DNA of 64,000 bases from NCBI GenBank assembly GCA_964552395.1, contig CAZKGM010000004.1, positions 4,749 through 68,748 of the forward strand. The letters run 5' to 3'. The notes under the pieces are model-generated. The model had not been told where the DNA came from. It worked only from the letters and a program-made list of their open reading frames with translations, and did not search any database. A program made the translations under genes and the position numbers. Below are positions 52,614 through 61,322 of this stretch, one piece after another (position 1 is the first letter of the stretch; the number at the start of each line of letters is the position of its first letter). The DNA is from an uncultured Thermoanaerobaculia bacterium (lineage in GTDB: Bacteria; Acidobacteriota; Thermoanaerobaculia; Thermoanaerobaculales; Sulfomarinibacteraceae).

Positions 52614-52924
52614 TCACTTGTGTTGCGACTGACTGCGGCAAGATGTTCCGATCGCTCGGTCTTCTAGCGCCTGCCGGTCGGTCTCGGAATGGTACTTCAC
52701 AGCCTCGCGGGCGGTGACGCCGGAGGCGCGGTCGATGCGGGGGCGAAGCCACGCCACCACCAGCTCCGGGCGCTTCTTGCCGGTCTCCCGGAGGACGTAG
52801 CCGATGGCCTTGCGGAGCCGGTGAATTCGAGGTTGCTCTTGAGGTACCGTATGGCGCCGGCGGCGCGTTCGGCGTCGGCCAGCTCCCTGAGACCGCGCTC
52901 GATCGCCCCGGCCAGCTCCTTCAC
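52614..52924 (-). pseudogene. relic of a DNA alkylation repair (AlkD-like HEAT-repeat) gene with out-of-frame internal deletion
   Basis: GGGAGG RBS then GTG 52924 gives VKELAGAIERGLRELADAERAAGAIRYLKSNLEFTG, the AlkD-like N-terminus (..aDpeRAagm.rYfK....F.Gv). The frame changes at ~52815..52826 and continues LRKAIGYVLRETGKKRPELVVAWLRPRIDRASGVTAREAVKY, the family C-terminus (KAIGWaLREygK..Pe.V..fL......lS.lsrREAlK). About 130 central residues are missing. Confidence 0.6.
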
Positions 52925-53020
52925 GATCCCACCTCCCGAAGTCGCGGTGTGGGTCTGTGACGGGGGATGGTGCCACGTCCTTACGGTGCGCGGGACGGTG
53001 GATGGGATAGGATCGGGCCC

Positions 53021-53638
53021 GTGAGCCCTTCCCGACACGAGGTGGTGGGAGTGCTGCTGGCCCTCGCCACCGGCGCCGGCAACCTGGTCGCGGAGACCGT
53101 GCTTCACCGCAAGGCCGGCTTCATGATCGTCGCGATCGTCCTGTGGCTGGCCTGGGCGGCGGTGCGGCTGCTGCGGGAGCCGGGCGTGTTGCGCGTCTGG
53201 GGCTTTCGCCGCGACAACTGGCGGGGCTCGGCCGTGCGTGTGGCGCTGTTCGTGGTCCCGGCCGCGATCCCGATGCTCGCGGTCGGTCGGCTGCTCGGCC
53301 ATTGGCCGATCTCAGCTCACTTCTGGCTCGTGCTGAGCGTTTACCCGGTGTGGGCCCTGGCGCAGCAGTTCGTGCTTTGCGCTGTGCTTGCTCGCGGCCT
53401 CGCGCACTGGCTGCCGTCGCGGGCGGTGCCGGCGGCAGCCGGGTTTCTGTTCGCCGTCGCCCATCTCCCCGATCTGCCCCTGGTCCTGCTCGCTTTCGTG
53501 GCCGGGCTGGCATTCGTGATGCTGTACCAACGCCGGCCGAACCTCTGGGTCCAGGCCCTCGGGCACGCGGTGCTGGGCACCGTTGCGTACTACGCGGTGC
53601 TCGGCCGCGACCCCCTGGCCGCTCTTCTCAACGCCTGA
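53021..53638 (+). CDS. CPBP-like (Abi/CAAX protease family) multi-pass membrane protein, divergent
   Basis: Track ORF 52967..53638; the start is uncertain (GTG 53021 proposed). Six TM helices. The motif-1 position reads WALAQQFVLCAVLARGL (QQ instead of EE). Motif 2 FLFAVAHLP, motif 3 QALGHAVLGTVAY. Confidence 0.55.
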   Translation: MSPSRHEVVGVLLALATGAGNLVAETVLHRKAGFMIVAIVLWLAWAAVRLLREPGVLRVWGFRRDNWRGSAVRVALFVVPAAIPMLAVGRLLGHWPISAHFWLVLSVYPVWALAQQFVLCAVLARGLAHWLPSRAVPAAAGFLFAVAHLPDLPLVLLAFVAGLAFVMLYQRRPNLWVQALGHAVLGTVAYYAVLGRDPLAALLNA

Positions 53639-53711
53639 GCTCTTCTGGCTTTGTCCGCTCTTCGCCGGCCGCAGTAGATTGCGAGTGAATGATCCGGGCT
53701 AGTATGGCAAC

Positions 53712-55457
53712 GTGCACTTGCGGACTCCTCGGTACCTCGTCTTTCTTGCTGCCTTGCCGATGGTCCTGGCCGCCCTGACCCTGTCACCACGGGACTTCTT
53801 CGCCGGCGACTCCGGCGCCAAGTACATTCAAGCGGAGGCGTTTGCCTGGGGAAAGGGATGGCCGCGAGCGATTCCATACCCTGCGAGAGAGCTGGATCCT
53901 GCTCTGCAGCACATACCAGTTTCCATGGTCTCTGTCGATGGCCGTCTCGCATCGTTTTTTCCGTTTGCGTTCCCTCTGCTGGCCGGAGCGGGGCTCCACA
54001 TCGTGGGCGAGCGTGCGCTGCTGCTCCTACCTGCCGTTGCCGCCCTGATGGCTGCCTGGCTGGTCGGCTTGCTGGCGAAGCGTCTCGGGGGAGGGCCAAG
54101 CGGCGGGGTCTTGGCCGCCTCGATCGCGCTGGCGGCAACACCACTCATGTTCTACGGCGCGTGTCTGTGGGAGCACTCCCTCATGGCGGCGGTTGCGGTG
54201 GGCGTCGCCGAGAGAGTCGTCAGGGCGATCGAGGGCGCGGGCGACCGATGGCTCGTGTGGGCCACTGCCGGGTTCTTGGCCGGAATCGCAGGGTGGGTGA
54301 GGACAGAGGGGTTTGTTCTCCTTGCGATCGTGGTTGTGCCCCTGGCAATCCTGGGCCGGCATCGCGGCATCTGGCCGACACTGTCGACAACAATGGGAGC
54401 AGCGCTGGGTGTAGGCGCCGGCGCTCTGGTTCAGCATATGGTCCTCGGCAGGTGGCTTCCAATCCATCTGGTCGCGTGTGTCGTCAATCGCAACGTGTAC
54501 CGCGGCGGCTTCTTGGCGGACCGACTCCGGACGATTCGCAATATCTTCATCCCCGACCCCTGGGCGTGTGTCGCCCTGGGGCTGTGGCTACTTGCGGTTG
54601 TCCTGGCAGTCAGGCGCAGGAGCTTCCTCCGCATGGGCGCACGGACCTGGGGAGCGCTCGCCGTCGCGGGCGGACTGGCGGCAGCCCTCGGCGCTCCGGT
54701 GATCCGGTTCTTTCTCGGGGTATCGCCGTCGCTCGCCTTTCCTGTGAGAAGTACCGTCACGTGGGTGGCTCTCAGCGCACTTCCCGTGGTGCTGGCGGCT
54801 GCGGCTCCGGTGGAGGAGGACGCGAGGAGCAAGCACCGATTCGTGGCCGGGCTGTGCGTGTGGTATGTCGTGTCGTTCCTCATCATGAGCCCCGTGGATG
54901 GCGGGTATCAGTGGGGAGCGCGGATCTTCCTTCCGGTTGCGCTGTGGCTGACGGCCCTCATGGCCAGTCGTCTTCCGAGGAGCATGGGTGCCGCTCGGTG
55001 GGCTCGGGTGGCCATTGCGTCGGCCCTGGCCGCGGGTGTCCTGATTCAGATTCTGGGGATGGCCTTGCTCGTGCATGTGACCCGTGGCAATCACTCCTTG
55101 GTCGAGGCGTTCGCCCGGTCAACACGGCCGGGTGAAGCGGTGGTAACCGATACCTTCTACCTGCCCGAGCTCGCTGCACCTCTGTGGCGAGAGCGCCGGA
55201 TCCTGTTCGTCGGTCATCAGTCTGGTCTGCCTCAGGTTCTCGAGCGGCTCAGGACCTCCCGTGTCAAGCAGTGGGCCCTGGCGTCGTGCGATGACGCCAA
55301 TCTCGGTCTCTTGCAGGGCGTTCGCAACACTCTTGCCACCTCCGAAGCTCCTTGCCGGCAGGTCGGATTCCGGACTTTCCGAGTCGGGAGCAGGGTTCTG
55401 ACGGTTGCCGAGTTCAGTGGCACCCGACCGCACCCTGGGGAGGGGACCTCGCCATGA
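53712..55457 (+). CDS. large polytopic membrane protein, putative GT-C-fold glycosyltransferase (ArnT/PMT-like)
   Basis: 581 aa, GTG start, about 12 TM helices, then a soluble C-terminal ~120 aa. The general architecture and an early periplasmic-loop Asp (DSGAKYIQAE) resemble GT-C enzymes. The function is weakly supported. Confidence 0.5.
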   Translation: MHLRTPRYLVFLAALPMVLAALTLSPRDFFAGDSGAKYIQAEAFAWGKGWPRAIPYPARELDPALQHIPVSMVSVDGRLASFFPFAFPLLAGAGLHIVGERALLLLPAVAALMAAWLVGLLAKRLGGGPSGGVLAASIALAATPLMFYGACLWEHSLMAAVAVGVAERVVRAIEGAGDRWLVWATAGFLAGIAGWVRTEGFVLLAIVVVPLAILGRHRGIWPTLSTTMGAALGVGAGALVQHMVLGRWLPIHLVACVVNRNVYRGGFLADRLRTIRNIFIPDPWACVALGLWLLAVVLAVRRRSFLRMGARTWGALAVAGGLAAALGAPVIRFFLGVSPSLAFPVRSTVTWVALSALPVVLAAAAPVEEDARSKHRFVAGLCVWYVVSFLIMSPVDGGYQWGARIFLPVALWLTALMASRLPRSMGAARWARVAIASALAAGVLIQILGMALLVHVTRGNHSLVEAFARSTRPGEAVVTDTFYLPELAAPLWRERRILFVGHQSGLPQVLERLRTSRVKQWALASCDDANLGLLQGVRNTLATSEAPCRQVGFRTFRVGSRVLTVAEFSGTRPHPGEGTSP

Positions 55458-55708
55458 CCCTGATGCCGGACCCCGTTCTCTGCCGCCGCGCGAGGTGAAG
55501 AGCGGGAGGCGCCGCCGATGGTGACGCCTGCGGCCCCACGGGAGGGGTGGGTGGAATGCGGGTGTGGGAATACTCGGGAGACGGCGCGAGGTACAGATAA
55601 CCGGAGGAGTCGAGGCGAGGATCTGCCAGGGTAGTGTGCGTGGGAGAATCTGGACACCAAGCAAAGGGCTTCACTTTCGGACCGGCCGCGGGCTGATAGG
55701 AGGTTGAC

Positions 55709-56683
55709 ATGACACAGGCGATCAGGGTTCACGAGAACGGTGGACCGGGGGTGCTGCGATGGGAGGAGGTGGTAGTGGGCGTTCCCGGGCCGGGACAGGC
55801 GTCGGTCCGGCACACCGCCATCGGCCTGAACTTCCTGGACATCTACCACCGCACGGGGCTGTACCCCGTCGAGCTGCCGATGACGCCGGGCAGCGAGGGC
55901 GCCGGCGTGGTCGAGGCGGTCGGCCCGGGGGTCGACTGCGTTCGCCCGGGAATGCGCGTGGCCTATGCCGGCGGACCGCCGGGGGCATACGCCGAGGCGC
56001 GGCTGATCCCCGCCGACAGGCTCGTGCCGTTGCCCGAGGAGATCGACGACCGCACTGCCGCCGCGGTGATGCTGAAGGGGATGACGGCGGAGTACCTGCT
56101 GCGCCGCACCTACCGGGTGAAGCCCGATGACATCATCCTCTGGCACGCCGCCGCCGGCGGGGTCGGTCTCATCGCGTGCCAGTGGGCGAAGCACCTGGGT
56201 GCGACCGTCATCGGTACCGTGAGCTCCGACGAAAAGGCCGAGCTCGCCTGCGCGCACGGCTGCGAGCACCCCATCGTGTACACCCGTGACGACTTCGTTG
56301 CGAGGGTGAGGGAGATCACCGCAGGCCGGGGCGTTCCCGTGGTCTACGACTCGGTGGGCAAGGACACCTGGGAGGGCTCGCTGGCCTGTCTGAGCCCGCG
56401 CGGGCTGATGGTGTCGTTCGGCAACGCCTCCGGTGCGGTGCCGGCGTTCTCTCCGGTCGAGCTATCGCAGCGGGGCTCGCTCTACCTGACCCGCCCCAGC
56501 CTGATGACCTACACCGCCTCGCGTGTGGAGTTGCTGGCCTCGGCAGAAGCGCTGTTCGCGGTGATCCGGAGCGGGGCCGTCAGGATCGAGGTGAACCAGA
56601 GCTACCCGCTGCACGAGGCTGCCCGCGCGCACCGCGACCTCGAGGCCCGCAAGACCACAGGCTCGAGCGTGCTGCTTCCCTGA
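55709..56683 (+). CDS. qor: NADPH:quinone oxidoreductase (zeta-crystallin-like MDR family)
   Basis: 324 aa. TAGGAGG RBS. MTQAIRVHENGGPGVLRWEEV..GQASVRHTAIGLNFLDIYHRTGLYP..PGSEGAGVVEAVG..LWHAAAGGVGLIACQWAKHLGA is the classical Qor pattern. No structural zinc Cys cluster. Confidence 0.9.
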   Translation: MTQAIRVHENGGPGVLRWEEVVVGVPGPGQASVRHTAIGLNFLDIYHRTGLYPVELPMTPGSEGAGVVEAVGPGVDCVRPGMRVAYAGGPPGAYAEARLIPADRLVPLPEEIDDRTAAAVMLKGMTAEYLLRRTYRVKPDDIILWHAAAGGVGLIACQWAKHLGATVIGTVSSDEKAELACAHGCEHPIVYTRDDFVARVREITAGRGVPVVYDSVGKDTWEGSLACLSPRGLMVSFGNASGAVPAFSPVELSQRGSLYLTRPSLMTYTASRVELLASAEALFAVIRSGAVRIEVNQSYPLHEAARAHRDLEARKTTGSSVLLP

Positions 56684-56743
56684 GAGGGGACCGTCGGCAG
56701 CGCTGCCGGAAATCCCCGCGGCCGTGGGGGCGTTTCCCCGAGC

Positions 56744-57169
56744 GTGAAACGCGCGGTGATCATCTTCCTGAGCGTCGCCGGGCTGGGCGTCTCCGTGTGG
56801 GCCCTGGTCACGGCGACCGGGAACCCGCCGTCGCAGCAGGAGCGGCCGGCGGCGATCATCCTGAGGGCGCCGGAGGGCTTTGCCGTGGAGTCCCTGGGCG
56901 TCGCGTCGCTGCGCTCGGCAGCGGCGAGCCTGGCGGGCAAGCGGGGAGCGCGCGTCGGCGTCCGCTTCTCCTGTGACGGAGACGTCGTGTTGCTGCTCGC
57001 GGACCGGCCGTCCGATCGCGTGGTTGAGATGCGGGCGGCACGAAACGGGACCATCGTCGAGCGTTTCTGGTCGCAGGAGATCGACCGCCGCCTGGTCTGG
57101 GCGGAGGAGCATGGCGAGCTCTCTGCGCCCGGCCTGCCGCGGCCGACCGGCAAGAACCTCTACCACTAG
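56744..57169 (+). CDS. hypothetical membrane-anchored protein
   Basis: 141 aa, GTG start. N-terminal TM helix KRAVIIFLSVAGLGVSVWALV. No family recognised. Confidence 0.45.
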   Translation: MKRAVIIFLSVAGLGVSVWALVTATGNPPSQQERPAAIILRAPEGFAVESLGVASLRSAAASLAGKRGARVGVRFSCDGDVVLLLADRPSDRVVEMRAARNGTIVERFWSQEIDRRLVWAEEHGELSAPGLPRPTGKNLYH

Positions 57170-57505
57170 AGGCACGGCCGGAGGCGACTGCCCGGAATCG
57201 CTCGAGCCGCCTCCCTCGACGCCGAGGCTGCACGGCTGATCACGCTTGCCGTGAAGAGCCGCCCGTGACATTCCGCACCAGCGCGACGGGCTGGTGAAGT
57301 GCGTACAGCGGAGATGTCATAGATGGCACGTTCCGTCAAATGCACCATTCTCTGGAGCCCGCTTCAGTCCAGTTCTGCGAGGGGGTGGTGAGACCTAATC
57401 ACGTAACTACTTAAACACTTGATCACCGGGTCGGCGGGTGGGCGGGGACTCTTTCCCAGCGACGTTTCCTGTAGAATGGAGGTTGGACATGAGACGGAGG
57501 TCGAC

Positions 57506-57991
57506 ATGCACGACAAGAGCATCGAGGTTCTCAACGAGGCGATCGCCGACGAGCTCGCCGCCATCCACCAGTACATGTACTTCCACTTCCGGCTCGACGA
57601 TCTCGGCTATACGCCGCTGGCGAACCTGCTCAAGCAGACCGCCATCCAGGAGATGCAGCACGCCGAGATGATCGCCGAGCGGATCCTGTTCCTGGGCGGT
57701 GAGGTGGAGATGGTGGTGGGCCGCGAGATCGAGAAGATCCACGATGCCGAGGCCATGCTCAAGAAGGCCAAGTCGCTCGAGGAAGGGTCAATTGCCATGT
57801 ACAACGGCTTCGCCCTCGAGTGCTCGAAGAACGCCGACTCGGGCTCGAAGCAGCTGTTCGAAACGCTGGTCGCGGCCGAGGAGGGACACTGGGACCAGTT
57901 CGACCGCCAGTCGGACTTCGTGGCCCGCTTCGGCGAACGGTACCTGGCGCTGCAGTCGTTCCAGGGTGGCCCCGGAGAAGGCGGAGCCTAG
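57506..57991 (+). CDS. bfr: bacterioferritin
   Basis: Track ORF 57419..57991. GGAGG RBS 5 nt before ATG 57506. MHDKSIEVLNEAIADELAAIHQYMYFHFRLDDLGYTPLANLLKQTAIQEMQHAEMIAERILFLGGEV.. aligns with E. coli Bfr (..LN..L..EL.AI.QY..H.....W.....L........E.M.HA....ERILFL.G), including the ferroxidase Glu/His residues and the haem-axial Met (IQEM). Confidence 0.9.
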   Translation: MHDKSIEVLNEAIADELAAIHQYMYFHFRLDDLGYTPLANLLKQTAIQEMQHAEMIAERILFLGGEVEMVVGREIEKIHDAEAMLKKAKSLEEGSIAMYNGFALECSKNADSGSKQLFETLVAAEEGHWDQFDRQSDFVARFGERYLALQSFQGGPGEGGA

Positions 57992-58117
57992 CCCGGATCA
58001 TTCACTCCCCATCTACCAAGTTGGAGGCCCCTTCGGAAGTTGCGGTACCGTCCGCAGGCCTGACTTCCGTCCCGGCCTCTACGTCGGCGAAGGTCGAAGT
58101 GATATCGTTGGGGAACC

Positions 58118-58504
58118 ATGATCGCGTCAGCCTGGCGTGGCGGTCGAGGATCCGTGTACGGCTTGCGGATTCTCGGCAACGGGCGGTGGCTTTACTTCCG
58201 CAGGGAGTGGACCTCGGTCAGGGTCTTTCTCCCGGGCGAGGACGAGCCGGTCGAGATAACCCTGAGTGAGGGGTTCTGGGAGCGCTCGCCGCAGCTGCGC
58301 TCGCCGCGCTTCCGGGCGTTCTTTCGCCGCAACGGACTGCTGCCGTGGGCCAGGCATCGTCCCCCTCACTTCCAGCTCGAGCCGCTGGGCGGCGGCAGGT
58401 TCCGAGTCCAATGGCTGGAGCACATCGAGCGCCAGCCGGCGCTGCTTCTCAACGGTCTTGAATCCGAGACGAGATCGCGGGCTGGCAGCCGGCGCGAGGA
58501 GTAG
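58118..58504 (+). CDS. hypothetical protein (128 aa)
   Basis: MIASAWRGG..WTSVRVFLPGEDEPVEITLSEGFWERSPQLRSPRFRAFFRRNGLLPWARHRPPHFQLEPLGGGRFRVQW.. Weak RBS. The F-W-x-x-x-P-x-L-R...W....G..PW...PP.F.L.P motif looks like a small uncharacterised family I cannot name. Confidence 0.4.
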   Translation: MIASAWRGGRGSVYGLRILGNGRWLYFRREWTSVRVFLPGEDEPVEITLSEGFWERSPQLRSPRFRAFFRRNGLLPWARHRPPHFQLEPLGGGRFRVQWLEHIERQPALLLNGLESETRSRAGSRREE

Positions 58505-58583
58505 CTGAAGAGACCCGGAGCGCCTGACACCGCCGACGAGAGCCGGTGATAGCTGAGATGGGTGTACACTGCCCAAAGCACTC

Positions 58584-60098
58584 ATGGGAGCTCTCGGGTC
58601 CACACGGTTCGCGGCGCTGGCCGTCGTGCTCGCGTTGGCGGCAGGTCTGACCGGGTGCCGTCGCCCGGCGACTGAGACCGTCACCCTGCGCCTGGGCTAC
58701 GGCCACGATCTGGTGACCTTCGATCCCTACGCTCACGACGACTCGGTCACACGATCGGTACTGTCGGCGCTGTATGAGCCCCTGGTCTCTCTCTCCCCCG
58801 ACCTGGAGGTCGAGCCCTGCCTGGCAGAGCGCTGGACGACGCCCACGGAGAGCACGTGGCGGTTCAAGATTCGTCGCGGCGTACTGTTTCATGACGGCCG
58901 TCCGCTGACGGTCGACGATGTCCTGGCGTCGCTGCGTCGTGCGATCGAGTCCCCGGAGTCGGTCGTCGCCACGTACCTGACAACGGTCGAGAAGGTGCAC
59001 CGCGACAACGGTGACTTCGTCGAGGTCACGACCCGGGCTCCGTTCCCCCTGCTGCTGTCGCGGCTCGCGTTCGTTCCCATCGTGCCGGCGGACTTCGATC
59101 CGGCTCGCCCGATCGGCACCGGGCCGTACCGGCTGGTTTCGGCGCCCGGAGAGAGGCCGCTTCGGCTCGAGCGGTGGGTGGCCTACTGGGGGAAGCGACC
59201 GACCGCGGACAGAATCGAGATCTTCGGGGTGAACGTGAGCCGGGATCTGGCGGGAGCACTCAACCGCAACCAGATCGATGTCATGGCCACGGTGACCTCC
59301 GAGTTCCTCCAGCAGTGCACACTTCGGCCGCCATGGCACGTCGAGCGCGTCCCCAGCCTGACGACGACAGTGCTCGGCATCAACGTTCTCAGGTGGCCGT
59401 TCACCGACCCTCGGGTGCGTGAGGCGATCGACCTCTCGATCGATCGCCGCCGGCTGGTTGAAACCGCCTTCCCGGCCGGAGAGGCGATGCCAGCGGCATC
59501 TTTGATACCCGTCGAGGTGTTTGGTTTCAGCCCCACTAGTGTCGTCTCGCCGGCTGACCCGGACCGGGCGCGCCAGCTGCTACGGGCGGCGGGCGTGCCG
59601 GGCGGGACGGAGATCGTTCTCGAACATGCAGGGGTGCAGCCGGGGACCCTCGCATATCTTCAGAGGACTCTCGGGGAGATCGGGTTCAAGGTCGGGGTTG
59701 TTCGGTACCCCTGGGAGCAGTTCTATCCAAGGTTCATAGGCGGAGGCTCCGGCCTGTTTCTTTTCGGCTGGAACTTCCCATTTGCGGACGCGTCCGACAT
59801 GCTCGACAGCGTTATCCACTCCCGCAACCCGGAGAAGCACCTCGGCTTACAGAACGGCTCCGGCTACTCCAACGCCTTGGTCGATCGCTGGATCGAGGAG
59901 GCCGTCCAGGAGCCGCGATCGGCACAGCGGCTGGAGCTGCTGCGGCAAGCGCTGCGCCGGGAGGCGGAGGACCGCCCCTACCTTCCGCTCTACCATGCCT
60001 CGCGCATGGTTCTGGCGAGGGCGCCGTTCTCCGTTGTTCAGCGGTCCGGGTCCTGGATCCTGCCGCAAGAGATCCTGGTCGAAAAGGGCGAACAGTGA
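58584..60098 (+). CDS. ABC transporter substrate-binding lipoprotein, family 5 (peptide/nickel type)
   Basis: 504 aa. Lipobox AAGLTGC. LRLGYGHDLVTFDPYAHDDSVTRSVLSALYEPLV..LAERW...W.F.IR.GV.FHDG.PLT..DV is the SBP_bac_5 signature region. Confidence 0.85.
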   Translation: MGALGSTRFAALAVVLALAAGLTGCRRPATETVTLRLGYGHDLVTFDPYAHDDSVTRSVLSALYEPLVSLSPDLEVEPCLAERWTTPTESTWRFKIRRGVLFHDGRPLTVDDVLASLRRAIESPESVVATYLTTVEKVHRDNGDFVEVTTRAPFPLLLSRLAFVPIVPADFDPARPIGTGPYRLVSAPGERPLRLERWVAYWGKRPTADRIEIFGVNVSRDLAGALNRNQIDVMATVTSEFLQQCTLRPPWHVERVPSLTTTVLGINVLRWPFTDPRVREAIDLSIDRRRLVETAFPAGEAMPAASLIPVEVFGFSPTSVVSPADPDRARQLLRAAGVPGGTEIVLEHAGVQPGTLAYLQRTLGEIGFKVGVVRYPWEQFYPRFIGGGSGLFLFGWNFPFADASDMLDSVIHSRNPEKHLGLQNGSGYSNALVDRWIEEAVQEPRSAQRLELLRQALRREAEDRPYLPLYHASRMVLARAPFSVVQRSGSWILPQEILVEKGEQ

Positions 60099-60271
60099 AA
60101 CGTACCGGAGCGGGATCAGAAGCGCGTGTCGGAGTTGGCGAGTGACTACTGATCAGCGGTGGGCCGGCGCCTCGGCTGCCGGTCCCCGGCCGCGAGCGGG
60201 AGTTTCATGAAGCCATACCCGAGTGCAGCGGGGCTCGCCGGAGCCGGCGGCCCGGGCGGAGAGGAGAAGGC

Positions 60272-60508
60272 ATGGCGGAGGTCATGACCCTCGCGTACCT
60301 CGCCGGTGGCGTGCTGGTGGTCGTCGCCGCCTACCTGTTGATTCGCTTCCTTCGCCCGGCCTACCAGCGTAGCCGCAGCAGGAGGTGGGTCGATCGTTCC
60401 GAGCGCGACCGCCGTCAACGCACCGGCTATCTTCGGCCGGAGCGGCGCAAGCAGCAGCGGCGCGATGAGGATGTCGCGAGGCGGTTCCTCGATCGCATGG
60501 GAGATTGA
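60272..60508 (+). CDS. small single-TM protein with Arg-rich cytoplasmic tail, hypothetical
   Basis: 78 aa. GAGGAGAAGGC before the ATG. MAEVMTLAYLAGGVLVVVAAYLLIRFL, then RPAYQRSRSRRWVDRSERDRRQRTGYLRPERRKQQRRDED. Confidence 0.4.
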   Translation: MAEVMTLAYLAGGVLVVVAAYLLIRFLRPAYQRSRSRRWVDRSERDRRQRTGYLRPERRKQQRRDEDVARRFLDRMGD

Positions 60509-60643
60509 GGGGGTGGTGAGCTGACGCCGGCCACAACGGTGGGGGTGTCGGTGACGGCGAGATACGGGAGCGCAACAGGCAGCAACGTCGAGGTTGACGT
60601 GGGCGTGCAAGCTTCCATGCATCGGGGATGCCGTTAAGTATGC

Positions 60644-61213
60644 TTGACCGAGCAGCCTGTGCGGGATACCGTAGCTCCGGTGAACGACTATGAGCGTGTG
60701 TGGCGTGCCTTCGAGGCCAACGAAATCACCCATTCCGGGGCGCACTACCTGCTCGCGATCGCAGCCGCAGTGAAGGCGGGGCAGGCGCCGCGGGCCGCCG
60801 ACATCGCGCGTCAGCTCGATGTGTCTCGCGCGGCGGTTTCGTTGCAGGTCCGCGCCCTCAAGGACCATGGCCTCGTGGTCGTGGACCCCCACCACCACAT
60901 CGGTCTGACGCGCGCGGGAGCGGATCTCGTGGCGCGGATCGCCGGCAAGCGCGAGGTCGTGAGGGTCTTCCTCGAGGAGGTGCTGGGAGTCGTTCCCGAG
61001 ACGGCGGAGATGGACGCTTGCAAGGTCGAGCACCTGATCTCCGAGCAGACCTGTGCTGCCCTGGTGCGTCTGATCACCTTCCTGCGTTCCGACCAACCCG
61101 CAGCCGAGGAGTGCCTGCAGGTCTTCCGTGAGACGGTCGCGGCGTGCGGACCGCTGTCCCGCTGTGACCTCTGCACCGAGGTCTGCCTGCTGAGCGCCAT
61201 GAGACCTTCATAA
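60644..61213 (+). CDS. DtxR/MntR-family metal-dependent transcriptional regulator with Cys-rich C-terminal region
   Basis: 189 aa, TTG start (uncertain). HTH and dimerisation pattern AADIARQLDVSRAAVSLQVRALKDHGLVVVDPHHHIGLTRAGADLVARIAGKREVVRVFLEEVLGV (DtxR: ..iA..L.vs..sV...v..L...Glv......i.LT..G...A....r.H...e.FL...Lg). The C-terminus is ..CKVEHLISEQTCAALV...ECL...CGPLSRCDLCTEVC. Confidence 0.7.
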   Translation: MTEQPVRDTVAPVNDYERVWRAFEANEITHSGAHYLLAIAAAVKAGQAPRAADIARQLDVSRAAVSLQVRALKDHGLVVVDPHHHIGLTRAGADLVARIAGKREVVRVFLEEVLGVVPETAEMDACKVEHLISEQTCAALVRLITFLRSDQPAAEECLQVFRETVAACGPLSRCDLCTEVCLLSAMRPS

Positions 61214-61322
61214 AGGCCCGGCCGGGAACCCCGGTTCGGCTACCGACAGTCCACGTGCCCTGCACTTGCTTTTGAGCGGCGCGCCGTGCAACCTTGGCGA
61301 GCGACAGAAGGGAGGCCCAGCC

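Noticed and set aside
57380-57430. AT-rich stretch TAATCACGTAACTACTTAAACACTTGATCAC upstream of bfr, as a Fur or DtxR box.
   Set aside because: It matches neither the Fur (GATAATGATAATCATTATC) nor the DtxR/IdeR (TTAGGTTAGCCTAACCTAA) consensus beyond chance. It is only noted as a place to test binding.
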